Below are positions 37,925 to 50,980 of a stretch of 64,000 nucleotides of DNA, in pieces. Source of the stretch: Neocallimastix sp. 'constans'. Lineage: Eukaryota. The notes under the pieces were generated by a model. It made no database searches. It was given only the letters and a program-made list of their open reading frames with translations, and was not told the origin of the DNA. The translations under genes and the position numbers were made by a program. Each line of letters begins with the position of its first letter. Within the stretch, counting starts at the first letter, position 1. The DNA is taken from positions 186,001 to 250,000 of the forward strand of contig JBODTK010000112.1 in assembly GCA_050613775.1 (NCBI GenBank), written 5' to 3'.

Positions 37925-38368
37925 TAAATTTATTTTATTTTTCTTTAGTAATAATAAAAAAAACTATTTCTAAAAAAGAAAAGAAAAAAAAAATAAACAA
38001 AATTAAAAAAAAAAATAAATGACTGAAACAACGCAATTTTAAATATTTCTATTATTTTTATTCTTTATTTATTTTATAAATGTATTAAAAAAAATAAAAG
38101 TTTAAATATTCATTATAAGTAATATTATCATCTCTTTTTAATTATTTATTAAAAAGTAACTCTTTACCATAATGTTTTATTTATTTTTTAAATTAAATAA
38201 ATGGTATAGTTAAATGAATGCCACATTTTTATTTTTATTTTTATTTTTATTTTTTTTTTTTTTTTTTTTGCTAGAATTGTTTGTATATTTTAGTTTGGAT
38301 TAGTTTAATTTAGTTTTTTTTTTTAATTTTAAAATTTAATTACAAAATATTTTTAATTCTATTATAAT

Positions 38369-39478
38369 TTAATTTGTTGGAGTAACGAAAGTTTTGAAGG
38401 AAGCTAAACGTTTATCATCAATAGAAACGAATTCACCATTACAATCTTCTGGAACCTTTTTGCTAAGTTGAGCTAAATTGAATAAGACAGAAGCTGGTTC
38501 CTTTGGATCCCTTAATTTCTTATTCTTTTCAAGGCCTAAAACATATTCACAGTCTTCTTTAGTAAAACCGTTTTGACAACTGTTTCTAACATATTCCTAT
38601 TATTATTATTTAAATAAAAAAAAAAGATTTTTTTTATAATTAATTATTAAAATTATTTTTTTAAAATTATTTTTTTTTAAAAAGATAAAAAAATATTAAT
38701 AGTTATTATCTTTATAGATTAAATAATTCTTTATATAAAGAAAATATAATTTTAATAATACTTTATTTAATCTTAAAACTTACTTGCATTGGAGTGTTAA
38801 CAACACCTGGTCTAATAGCAATAGTATAAATATCTGGTTCTTCCTTTGATAAAACCTTGGCATACATGTTTACACAAGCTATTTTTTTTTTATATTATTA
38901 TTATAATTATTATTATTATTATTATATATATTTTTTATTTAGTATTTTGAATTAATATATATATTCTTTTTTTTTTTTTATTTTAACAACAAATGAATTT
39001 ACTTACCCTTAGAAGTACAATAAGTAGACCAACCAACCATTGGTTTAACAGAGGAACCAGAACTGACAAAAATGACACGACCTTTAGCTTTTCTTAAGTA
39101 TGGGAGAGCCTTTTGAGTCAAGTCAACAATACTAAAGAAATTAACATCGAAAAGCTTCTTCCAAATATCTACATCAATATCTTTAATTTGAGCAACTGGA
39201 GCCAAAGCAGCATTGTGAATAAGAGCATCAATTTTACCACCTCTCTTTTCAACAGTATCAATAATAACATCAGCGATTTCTGGATCGTCAATATTACCTA
39301 AGAAATGACAAATTTTCTTTTGATTTTCATTTAAAACTTTACTTAATTCATCTGGAATAGTTCTAGAGACAGTAATAATATATCCTGGAATAGTACAAAG
39401 ATATTTTAAGGTTTCAAAACCAATACCCTTAGAAGCACCGGTAATAATGTAAATTGGTTCAGTTTTTTCAGCTCCCAT
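38369..39478 (-). CDS. Short-chain dehydrogenase/reductase (classical SDR); 3 exons
   Basis: IITGASKGIG (TGxxxGxG), LIHNAA, DVNFFS, VSSG, YCTSKA (YxxxK), IRPGVVNTPMQ; final exon ends ..GEFVSIDDKRLASFKTFVTPTN* with TAA at 38369-38371. Confidence 0.93.
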
Positions 39479-39849
39479 TTTTTTTTTTTTTTAATTATTA
39501 ATTATAATATATCGAAAAAGAAAAAAAAAAAAAAACAAATAATTTTAAAAATAAAATTAAAATAAAAAAAAAAATAAAAAAGGATAAAAAAATTTTTTTA
39601 TTTATTGAATGTATGATTTTTAATAACTTGGCAAATCAATTAAATTCTTGATTCAGATAGTTTTATATATAAATTACATAAATGGAAGGATTCATTTAAA
39701 AAAATTTTTTTTTTAAAAATGGAAAAAATAAATATGAGAAATAATATATCATATAAATAAATATATTAAAAATAATAAAGATACTACACAATTTGAATGT
39801 TTATTATTAATCATAACATAATAAATAATAATTAATAAATAATTAAATA

Positions 39850-40330
39850 ATTAAATAATAAATAATAAATAATAAATAATGAATAATGAATAATAAATAA
39901 TAAATAATAAATAATAAATAATAAATAATAAATAATAAATAATAAATAATATATAAATAATAAACAATAAATAAATAATAAATAATAAATAAATAATAAA
40001 TAATAAATAATAAATAATAAATAATAAATAATAAATAATAAATAATAAATAATAAATAATAAATAATAAATAATAAATAATAAATAATAAATAATAAATA
40101 ATAAATAATAAATAATAAATAATAAATAATAAATAATAAATAATAAATAATAAATAATAAATAATAAATAATAAATAATAAATAATAAATAATAAATAAT
40201 AAATAATAAATAATAAATAATAAATAATAAATAATAAATAATAAATAATAAATAATAAATAATAAATAATAAATAATAATAAATAATAAATAATAAATAA
40301 TAATAAATAATAAATAATAAATAATAAATA
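39850..40330 (+). repeat. (AATAAAT)n heptamer microsatellite
   Basis: Direct reading, ~480 bp with few interruptions. Confidence 0.95.
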
Positions 40331-40600
40331 AATGAATAATTAAAAATTAAAAATTAAAAATTAAAACATACATTATTATTAATGATGATTCTTGTTTTAA
40401 CGAATCATTGTAGCATGTGCAATTTAATCAAAGATTTTAAATTGATTTTGCCGCCGTTTTATTAGGTGATACAAATGAAATAAATATAATATTTAATATA
40501 TAAACATAATATAAATATGGAAAAAATATATGATAAAAAATGTGGCAACAACTATTAATATATATTAATGTAAAAATTTCTTATCCATTTTTTATTGTTA

Positions 40601-40712
40601 TTTTTTTTTTTTTAAGATTAGGAACAAACTTTATTTAATAATATTTATTAAAAAAAAATTTTTTACATTAATTTTTAAAATTTACTCTATGAGTTTCGAG
40701 GACTGTTCCGAA
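40601..40712 (-). mobile_element. Very short LINE 3'-terminal fragment with poly-A
   Basis: Poly-T followed by AAGATTAGGAACAAACTTTATTTAATAATATT..TATGAGTTTCGAGGA matches 28387-28506 (AGACTAGGAATAAACTTTATTTAATAATATT..TATGAGTTTTTGAGGA). Confidence 0.75.
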
Positions 40713-41009
40713 GTAATACTTTATTCAAAAATTTAAATTAATAAAGTGACTAATGGAAGAAATATTTACATGAAATAATATTTATATAAAATATTATAAG
40801 TTTTATTTATAAATTTTTTAATTAGTACTGTTCATATTAATATATATTTAAATTAGCATGTATAAAATAAATTAATTTTAAAAAGTATAATCGTTAAAAC
40901 GAATATATTTAACAACTGTACTTCTTATAAATAATTTATTTTTATTTTATATCATATTTTTTTAATTTTTTTTTTTTTTATTTTTTTTTTTTTTTTGTTG
41001 GAAAAAGTT

Positions 41010-41394
41010 ATTCATGTGACAATTAAGACCTATGATGTTATTGATTTGACTAGTGTTTAACAATTATTCCAACAAACTACACCAAAGAATTGTTGGTATC
41101 TTTCATTTAACTAATTGCTTTGCTCCAGGTTTGATTAATACTTCTGATTTTTACCTTGTAAGAAGCCTCAGTGCTAAGGATGAAGGGTTCATTGAAATTT
41201 ACACTTGGTTACTGCTCAAAAGGCTTATCAAGTTCAAATGTTTGTAGTCTCTTCTTCTATTCTTAATGTTTTAGGTTATAGTGGTTAAGCTCGGTATTGA
41301 TCATCATTCATCTAACAGATGGTTAAACGAAAATATTTTAATAGTATATTAATAGTTAGATTTATAAATTCATTAATAACAACTATATGTTAAT

Positions 41395-41434
<40 letters not shown>

Positions 41435-41685
41435 TTTTAAAGAAAATTTGTTTTTATAAATAATAATACTTCTAAAATAATATTAAAAGAAAGATATATT
41501 TTAGGGAAAATATTATATAATTAAAACAAATAAATTATTTATGATTATCTACTTAAATAATTTTCCAATTATCTGATTCTTTTAATAAAAATAAAATAAA
41601 AATATAACAATTAAACATGAGTATTTATTTTAATTTAAAAAATATTAATTCTCTTAACTTTAACATATAATCATTTAATAGTATT

Positions 41686-41729
<44 letters not shown>

Positions 41730-42325
41730 TATACTTTTTGTTGTGATGATAATATTTAAATCGATTCCATAATTAATATTATTATGAAATAATATTATTT
41801 TTATTTTATTGGAATGTTTAATTTGTTATGGTCTTTATTATATTATATTGCTGAACTAATCAATATTCTAAGAGCAAAAATGCTAGTATTACTTCTTCTG
41901 TCCATTCCTTTATTCCTGTTTTAGTGAAGACCTTTAATTCAATTCCTATTCCCGTTTGTAAATTTATTTCAGTTTCTGTTGCTAGTTGCTGCTCCAGCTG
42001 TTTAAGCTATATCTTTCTAAACCATCTCCAGTTGCTGATTCAGTTACTCCAGTTGTTGTTACTAAATCAACTAGTGGTCTTAGTAAGGATAAATTAAATA
42101 AAAGATATTACTATCAAGTGAAAAAAAATATATATATATATTAGGTTTAATTGATGAAGCAATTTGATGCTACTATTTCACTTCATGTCTTTGATTTAGA
42201 TACTTTAACTGCTATGGGAATAACTAGATGGATTAAAAGGAAAATGAATATTGAATTCAGTCGATATCAATCAGTTGGTGATAATATTACTATTGAAGAT
42301 TTAATTAATATCATTATTTTCATAT
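41010..42325 (+). pseudogene. Decayed type I polyketide synthase 3' remnant: ketoreductase fragment, linker and acyl carrier protein domain
   Basis: 41010-41300 with frameshifts reads TYDVIDLTSV.QLFQQTTP-RIVGIFHL..SLSAKDEGSL-NLHLVT..VQMFVVSSSILNVLGYSG.ARY (KR pattern DV..GIFHxA..K.GA.NLH..F.SS...G..GQA.Y). 42151-42320 reads FDATISLHVFDLDTLTAMGITRWIKRKMNIEFS..GDNITIEDLINII (ACP, degenerate GLDSL). Confidence 0.72.
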
Positions 42326-42679
42326 TTATCTCTGATACACAATTTGTTTTCTACTTATGCTTTATCACATCTTTTTAATAATAGGTTTATTTATCTTTAA
42401 TTTGAACATACCTCTATAATCTAGAGTTAATATTTCATTATATAAAATTAATACCAATTACTAAAAAATAATAGCTTTAATAGTAATAATTTAAATATAT
42501 TACGAATATAATAAGCTGCTTAACATTTGATTTATAAGTTTTAAATAATCCACGTGTTATACTAAATAAAATTTAATAATAAAAAAATAAAAATTTTATT
42601 AAATTTTTTTTTTTTTTTTTTTTTTTTTTTGATATTTTTTCTTTTTAATAAAAATAAAGATTTTTTGTTATGTTAGTTA

Positions 42680-42711
<32 letters not shown>

Positions 42712-42939
42712 AAGTAAAAAATAGTTAATCATTTATTTAAACTAATAAATTATTAATATTATATAGATCAATTTATTTTGACTTTTTTATTTTATTTCTT
42801 TTATTTTTTATTTTTTTTTATTTTATTTTATTTTTTTTTATTAACTTTAATAAAATATTTTAAATTTTTATATTTACATATATTTAAATTCATTATAATG
42901 AATAAATGGTTTACTGGCCGATTTTATAATATTAACTTG

Positions 42940-43259
42940 ATATTATTAAACTATTAGTTATTTCTATTCTTGATTAACTTTAAAATGTTACATGAAAAAA
43001 ATAATTTTTGCACTAGACTAATTCGTTAATTCGATTTAAATATTGTTAAAATAATTTCTTAAATATTTTTTTGTCATCTAACCATTTCACCCTAAAACTA
43101 AGTATATGATATTATTACACTATCAATTAATATTGGATGTATCTAAGATATCTCTTATAATATATGGTTTACATATACCATTAATATGATGAAAGTCTTT
43201 CTTTTGAAGGGTTATATATTTATATTATCTCACTTTGTGTGAATTACCTTTTATATATT

Positions 43260-43296
<37 letters not shown>

Positions 43297-44900
43297 CATC
43301 ACATTCAATTATAATCCGCTTTGAAGATTAGCACTAACTCTTTATATGTATATATATACATATTCGTTTTGTAATTTTAGAGATAACTATTTAAAAAAAA
43401 TTATTAATTATATATAGGTATATTTAATGAAAATCTTGGGGAAGTATTAAAATTGATTACATTTTATAACTAATTATATTATTCTAGCCCATTTAAATAT
43501 GTTTGTAAATAATGTAAAAATTGTTTCATAATTTTATAAAGATTTAGTATTTCAGTTATATTTTTTCTTGTTGGCTAATTTTTGCTTATTTTCTCTTTTT
43601 AGGCTATTTCCAAAATATAAAGATGATTTTTAAATAATTATTACAAAGAATCAGTCAAGTAGCCTTCCTTTAATAATATTTTATGTTCTTTACTTTTATG
43701 TTGTCTATTGCTCCCCTACCTAAAATTCAAATTTCTAATATAAGGTATTTTTTTCCATATTGGAAATTTCTCATCATTAACATATTAATGATAGAAGTTT
43801 AATGAATATTACTTCTTGAATACTTTGTAATCAATAAGTATAGTTTGTAGATGGATCAACATCTTCTATTTGTAGATCAATCATGGTTATTTTTTATTGC
43901 TATATTATCCCTTTCATTACCACGAAGGTCTTTATTATGATTATATTAATTGAGTTATTATCTAATTCATTTCACGCTAGGTTTAATAATACATCAATAA
44001 CACAATTACTGCAAGCATGCACCCATTTCAATCTTGAAATTACCATTCTTTTAATATTTCCCTTGAATATTTGGGATATTATATTTTTAATTATTTTGTA
44101 TGTATGGTCTCTAACATATAGTCTTTTCTATTATCGCTGCTTATATATATATATATACTTGTTTAATATGTTTAAATAAAATTAAATAACTATACTTTAA
44201 ATGAGATGTTTTATGGTTGAGCAAAAATCATTGTTTTGTATATGATAGCTTAAATCTTTGTAAGCAATGTATATTATTAAATTGAAATTTTGTATATTTA
44301 TCGAGGGGAAATAATTTATGACGGAGTAGATCCCTTTGCCTATAATTATAGTCCATTATTATTAAGGGCTTAAAAAGTCAATAAAACTCTCTATCAATGA
44401 ATATTGTTCTAATGTATGCTTAAAGTGTATTTTTTTTTCTCTCCTTTGAATTAATATATTACTATATTTTCATTAAGTTTTATTTTTACTTGTGATAAAT
44501 TCTCTTCTATCAACTATTTTATATTTTACGCGGTTTTTTTCTTCAATTTTGCAGTTTTTATCATTTCAAATATTTCAATCATTTTTTATTAGTCTTCCTT
44601 ATTTTGATATAATGAATAACTTTTATCATCACTTAAAATTCTAATTTTATTTTTCTTTGATATGATATTGTGTCCGGCAAAAGTTAAGAATCTTTTTAAG
44701 AGTCAGATATTTGAGATCTATAATTATGACAACTTTATTAAAATATTTTATGATAAGGAACTACTAGCTCCTAAAAAAAAATTAAAAGATTTTAAAATAA
44801 TAATACCATTATGGTTTATATATATTAATTATATTACAATATGTTTCAATATATTTGAAGCCTCTTCTTCATATATTTCACATATTCTGACAATACATAT
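42940..44900 (-). mobile_element. Heavily decayed coding-like tract, possibly an old RT retroelement
   Basis: Intronless sequence of higher complexity than its flanks. Only weak minus-strand motif remnants (RGAIDNI ~43700-43720) and no intact ORF. Confidence 0.3.
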
Positions 44901-45103
44901 ATATTAAAAAAAAAATAGTTAATGCTACTTTTTCAAACCATATTATAACTTTTGATCAAAAAAAAAAAAAAAAAAAAAAAGCAATTGAAAAAAATTTGTA
45001 TATATACATATTATTGTAATATATGTCTCATAATTATAACTTTGGATTTAAAAAATAATCAACTTAAAATTACATAATTATATATACATTATCTTACTTA
45101 AAA

Positions 45104-45225
<122 letters not shown>

Positions 45226-45506
45226 GAATGTCCAAAATCAATGATAAATTAGAAAATTAAATCACTAATAAAAATAATCCCTTAATCCCTTTCCTCAAAT
45301 ATAAAATTTAAACTGAGAAAGGAGAGATTTTTATTATTATTATTATTATTTTATTATTATTATTCTACAGTGTTATCTGTTTGATCAATCTCGAACTGAA
45401 TAATCAATGCTTTAAATCCTTCAATGAAGAAGACGACGAAATTTCTAAAAAAAAAAAATAAGAAAATTATTAGGAGAGAACAAATATTTTCAAATTATTA
45501 GGTCTC

Positions 45507-45537
<31 letters not shown>

Positions 45538-46722
45538 GATATCAATTTTGAAAAAAGTGATAATTACTTAATAACATTAAACATTTTAAATAGGATAAGA
45601 AGAGAATAAAATAAATACGTTTAAAATTTATATATTTTGATATTCCCTTAAAGACAATTTATTATTAAAAATTGATAAAATTTAATAATTATATCTGATA
45701 TATTCTTAATACGTATTAATGGTAAAAATTATATTTAATACTGTATTATTATTAAAAAAATTTCAACTTTTTAAAATAATATAAAATATAAAATATAACA
45801 AGTTTATATCCATTTAAATATATTTTTAAAAAAATTGATTTTTACATACAAAAGTTAAGCTAGAAAATTTAAATTTTTTTTCTTAATTATTTTCAAAATT
45901 ACAGAAATTATAAAAATTATAATTTTTTTTAATAATATTGATAACAGTATAATATATTAATTAATATTATAATGTTATACTAAAGTTGTAGTTAAATTCT
46001 AACTTTTAAGAAAGAACTGTTTTACAACTTTTAATTATAAAAATTATAAAAAAAAAACTTTGTTTATTTTTTTATAAAAATAAACTACTAATTTTACACG
46101 AAATTTATTTTATAAATAATTACACAAAAATTATTTATTATTCGAAAAAGTTATATTTTCAATAATATAACTTAAAAACATTAATTATTTATTATTTAAT
46201 ATTTTAAAAACATTTCATTCTATTTGACTAATTATTTCTTCTCTTTCATAAAAAGTCCCCTTCTAAATATTTATTTACATTTTCTTTTTATAAATTATTA
46301 TTCTTTTTAGATTAATGAAGTTCATAACTTAATTTAATATATTTTTTAATAATATAATATAACAAAAACATAAAATAATATATAATAAGGTTTAAAGATA
46401 ATAAATTATACTAATTTAGAATAATTAAAATATAGTTTTAATATAACTTTAAAGAATATAAAAATATAAATTAATATAACTTTTCTAATACATTAATTTG
46501 ATACATTTGTATTGATTTTCTTTGTTTACATTTTTTATAAAATTTACTTCATATCTTGAAAATTCTTTATCAAATATAATAAAAAAAAAAAAAATTAAAA
46601 TATAATATAAATTTTAAATAATTGTATATAAAAGAAAATGTGTTAAAAAATATACATATATATTAAATCTATTTTATTAAAAGTTTAAATTTTAGAATTT
46701 TAAAATTAAATTTTAATATAAA

Positions 46723-46764
<42 letters not shown>

Positions 46765-46904
46765 ATATTTAATTTATAATTATAAAAATATATATTATCT
46801 TTAATAAAAATTATTTAAAAATATTTTTTTTTTTTATTTATGTAAAATTTTTAATGGTTACACAATAATAAAACTTTTTTTAAAATTAATGTTTATAATT
46901 ACAT

Positions 46905-49853
46905 ACATATTGCATTTCGAAATATTAAGCCTTACTTTAACTGTGAAAATGTTGATAATTACCTTGAACAATTTAATAAATATGAAAAACTTTGCAAATT
47001 AATCAAGAAAACAAAGAGCAAATTTCGTTCTGCTAGATTTAAAGCTAATATAGTAAAAATTGGTAATTATTTTATGAATAAAGATTTCAAAAATGGATGG
47101 AGATGTTTAAAAAAAATGGCTAAACCATCGTATTCATCTACTTCCCCTACTTGCATAAAATCTAAATTTGGTCAAGATATTATCTCTCCTACTAAACAAT
47201 TAGATAGATGGGCTGAATATTATAAAGATCTAGCTTCTGATCCCTCAGGTCACAGCCTTAATCGTAACTTCTGGATCCATGCTTTAAGGAATATTAGTCT
47301 TAGATCCTCTACCTGGAATATCAACGATCCCATTACGATTGACAATATTAAAAAAACAATTTCATCTATGAAAAACAACAAAGCACCCGGTCCCGATGGT
47401 ATCCCGATTGAATTCTACAAAGCTCTGTTTTGCAATGAAGAATTACTGGAAACACATCCTGCTGCTGGAAAGTGTCTTAAATTGATTTTTAATAAAATAT
47501 GGAATGGATCTTTTCCTAAAAAATGGAACTCAGCTTCTATTGTATCAATCCCTAAGAAAGGTGACCTATCAGATTGTAGTAATTATCGAGGTATTTCTCT
47601 CATTAATGTTGGACTGAAAATCATTTCAAAAATTATAACAGATAGAATATCTACTTACGCACTCTCACACAATTTCATTAGACCTGAGCAATTTGGTTTT
47701 CGCAACCGTGAAGAATGTATTAGTTTATTCATTTCAGTTAGAGAAATTTGCCAAAGAAGAAAATTTCAAGGAAAATTCACATATTTAGCCTTTTTAGATC
47801 TTAAAAAAGCTTATGATTCAGTTCCTATTTTTAACATTCTTACTAAATTATATCGTTATGGAGTACGTGGTAAATGTTTTGATTTTCTATGTAATTTATA
47901 TACTTCATCTAAAGCTCGTGCTCGATTTGCTTCAATGTTATCAAATGAATTTCCTATTAAAAGAGGTGTTCGTCAAGGTTGTCCATTATCTCCGATCTTA
48001 TTCAATTTATTCATCAATGATATATTAAATGACTGTGAAAAATATGGTGTTAATATTGGAAGAAAAAAGTGTTTTTGTGGACTCTTTGCTGATGATGTTG
48101 TTCTCATTGCTCCAAGTGCAAAAAATTTAGAAAAATTACTAAAAAAGGTACATAGATGGGCTAATTTAAATGAAATGACTTTTGGTATTGAAAAATGTGC
48201 AACTATGGTTATAAAACCAATGAACTTTCAATCTCCTCCAAACTATAGTGACCCAACCTTCTATTTAGGAATGAATGCTATTCCTAAAGTTTCTAGTTAT
48301 ATTTATCTTGGTATTCCTTTCTCTGATGATCTCTTACTAGAACACATTATATCTCACATGCATTTTAAAGTTAGAAAATCCCTTCTTTCATTTACACATT
48401 TCTTCTCAAATAAACTTATCCCTATTGCATACAAGAAAAAAGTTCTTCAATCCTTTGTTATTAGTAAAGTAATTTATTATTCTCCTTTACTTGGTTCCAA
48501 CAAATCTAGAACGGCCAGAATTCAAACATTAATTAATACTGGTCTATTTTGGTGTATCGGCTCATTCTCTAAAAATGGTAAAACAAGTTCAGAAGACAAT
48601 GACTATATTAGACATAATTCTACTATGAGTACTTATGCTTTATCTCGAGATCTAAGCATTCCTCCTATTGCTGGTGTCTGCGCAGCCTTACAGATTAAAT
48701 CTTTTGCAAAATGGAGTAAATCAAACTGTATTATAAAGGATCTTATTAAATCTATTCCCAAAATGCATTATTATTCCTTGACTAAAGAATCAAGAACACT
48801 GTATAAAAAAATCAAAAAATATAAATGTGAAAAATATGACGATATTTTAGAACGTTACTGGAAATCAGTTTCCAAATTTCAAGGTATTAAAGGTCAAAAT
48901 TACGATCGTAATAAGTTCTCAAACAATAAAGCTATAATTATGCTTAGCTTAAAATATCCCCAATTCAACTTAGGGTTTTCGTGGATTATACGTTTACGCT
49001 GTGGTTATAAATACAATACTACTATTGCTATTAGAATGGGTAGAGTTTCAGAAGATTGTCCCAAGTATTGCCCCTGTTGTGGCGAAGATAAACAATCTTT
49101 TGAACATTGGATTTTTAAATGCGATGCTCTTGCATCTTTTAGATGGAATTCTTTAAATTTCATCGATGATCTCTATGTTTTATTCCATAGGAAGATTAGA
49201 GCGTTTAATCCTCTTTCTTCCTATGACTCTATTTCTAATTTTGAAGATTATATCAATCATTATATATACTTGTTCCTTCTTGGTGGGACTTTAGTTTTAA
49301 ATGAGCTACATTTCGATAGTGGGGAACAGAGACAATTAAATGAACTACTTTTCAAAGGTTCATCTGAGTCACCTGTTCCAAAAATTGTGGGCTTGGCGGA
49401 ATTCTTAACAAGTGCAATACCTATCATTAGTAGTTCGTTTGAGCTATTATTTGATAGGTATTGCAAAATACCAAACTTATCCAAGAGCGTCGACGTCGTA
49501 CTGATAAAGCATAATGATAATACAGGATCGTCATCTATTTCTACGAAGAATGAATCTTGCCCTAGTAGTTCAATAAACGATGAATCCGGGGAGAGTTTAG
49601 TGGACACCACACTATCTATTTTAAAGATGTTACTTCTAGGTTTTATTTCTTTTTTATTTGTTAGGAAGGGAAAAATTCCCGCATAGTACAACTTGCCGAA
49701 ATACATAGTATTTTCGAGCTTTTTATTTTTTTATTTTTTAAATTTTTTATTTTTAATTTCAAATGTACTTTTCACCTACATGTATTTTTTAAAATAAAAT
49801 TTAATAAAGTTTTGGAAGTGTATTCTCTTCCCTGTCTAAAAAAAAAAAAAAAA
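46905..49853 (+). mobile_element. Young 5'-truncated non-LTR retrotransposon (LINE) with poly-A tail and 13-bp TSD
   Basis: TSD TTTATAATTACAT at 46892-46904 and 49854-49866; 3' end CTGTCT + A-run 49838-49853; uninterrupted RT reading frame; no APE domain because of the 5' truncation. Confidence 0.95.
47074..49686 (+). CDS. LINE ORF2 reverse transcriptase (N-terminally truncated) with C-terminal Cys/His motif
   Basis: KAPGPDGIP, IPKKGD..NYRGISL, EQFGFR, FLDLKKAYDSV, GVRQGCPLSPILFN, LFADD, YIYLG, CPKYCPCCGEDKQSFEHWIFKC. The frame is also open upstream of the Met back to the insertion junction. Confidence 0.95.
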   Translation: MNKDFKNGWRCLKKMAKPSYSSTSPTCIKSKFGQDIISPTKQLDRWAEYYKDLASDPSGHSLNRNFWIHALRNISLRSSTWNINDPITIDNIKKTISSMKNNKAPGPDGIPIEFYKALFCNEELLETHPAAGKCLKLIFNKIWNGSFPKKWNSASIVSIPKKGDLSDCSNYRGISLINVGLKIISKIITDRISTYALSHNFIRPEQFGFRNREECISLFISVREICQRRKFQGKFTYLAFLDLKKAYDSVPIFNILTKLYRYGVRGKCFDFLCNLYTSSKARARFASMLSNEFPIKRGVRQGCPLSPILFNLFINDILNDCEKYGVNIGRKKCFCGLFADDVVLIAPSAKNLEKLLKKVHRWANLNEMTFGIEKCATMVIKPMNFQSPPNYSDPTFYLGMNAIPKVSSYIYLGIPFSDDLLLEHIISHMHFKVRKSLLSFTHFFSNKLIPIAYKKKVLQSFVISKVIYYSPLLGSNKSRTARIQTLINTGLFWCIGSFSKNGKTSSEDNDYIRHNSTMSTYALSRDLSIPPIAGVCAALQIKSFAKWSKSNCIIKDLIKSIPKMHYYSLTKESRTLYKKIKKYKCEKYDDILERYWKSVSKFQGIKGQNYDRNKFSNNKAIIMLSLKYPQFNLGFSWIIRLRCGYKYNTTIAIRMGRVSEDCPKYCPCCGEDKQSFEHWIFKCDALASFRWNSLNFIDDLYVLFHRKIRAFNPLSSYDSISNFEDYINHYIYLFLLGGTLVLNELHFDSGEQRQLNELLFKGSSESPVPKIVGLAEFLTSAIPIISSSFELLFDRYCKIPNLSKSVDVVLIKHNDNTGSSSISTKNESCPSSSINDESGESLVDTTLSILKMLLLGFISFLFVRKGKIPA

Positions 49854-50384
49854 TTTATAATTACATTTAGATACATATAAAATGTTAATAAATACTTCTA
49901 CTTTACCTAAAATATTTCGCGAAATACACAATTGCGAAATACACAATTGTGAAATGATACACATTCCTTTTCCAATTAACCTAAAATAGTCCTATACATA
50001 ATTTATTTTAATACATTTTGTATATCATAGATACGTTGATCTACATTACCATCTTCATTATTTATGTTATTCTAAAAACAACATGTACCACATTTCTATT
50101 TTACATTACAATAGTATTCCAAATATTATGATATTAACTATAAGCTAATAATTAACTTTTGATATTGTAAATTTAATAATTATTTATATATAAGCATATT
50201 AAACTTAATTTCTTACAATTGTTCAAATAAAAATTATATATATTTTTTAAATTAATTTGATTCTTTTTTATATAAGACTTAAATTAAAAAAAAAAAAAAA
50301 AAATTATTATGTCAAAGCTAGTAATATTAAATTTTTTAATTAATTATTAATTATTATTTTATTACTTTTGTTGTTGATGAGATA

Positions 50385-50417
<33 letters not shown>

Positions 50418-50477
50418 GTAAAAATATTAAAATTTGGAATAGCTTTTTAACCGTATTAATTTATCTTATGTACTTTA

Positions 50478-50508
<31 letters not shown>

Positions 50509-50980
50509 GATAGAAAAAAAAAATAATAATATACATATTTTAAATAATAATATTTTTTTTTCTTTTCAATTCTAATTATTTCACTAAATGAAAGATAATA
50601 AAGCTTATTAAAAAGTATTTTTAGTAAAATAACTCTTATATATATATATATAATTAAAGTATAACACAGTTAACTTTACATAACACTTCAAAGATTACTA
50701 CTACTAAAAATTATTAGTATAAGGGTATTATGCAGCACCCTTTCATACTATTCCAATAAAATTTTTAAGGTTCAAGTCTTATAATGAAGTGTCTTCTTTT
50801 TCAAGAGTACTCAAATAATGAAATAATTCTTCTAAAACAGTACTAACCGCACTATGTAGTTCTGATGATGAGGCTGATAAGAGAGAAATTGATGTTTAAA
50901 TGTTAAGCCAAGAGATACTTCAATCCATCTTGTAAAAAAAAAAAAAAAAAAAAAAAAGATACATCATTCCTTTTGTTGGA

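Noticed and set aside
47074..49686. Retron, group II intron, DGR or telomerase-type RT system
   Set aside because: Motifs, poly-A tail, TSD and APE-bearing relatives all indicate an ordinary non-LTR retrotransposon.
49260..49706. Antisense 148-aa ORF in the LINE
   Set aside because: Shadow of the sense ORF with no recognisable motif and no evidence of conservation in the decayed copies.
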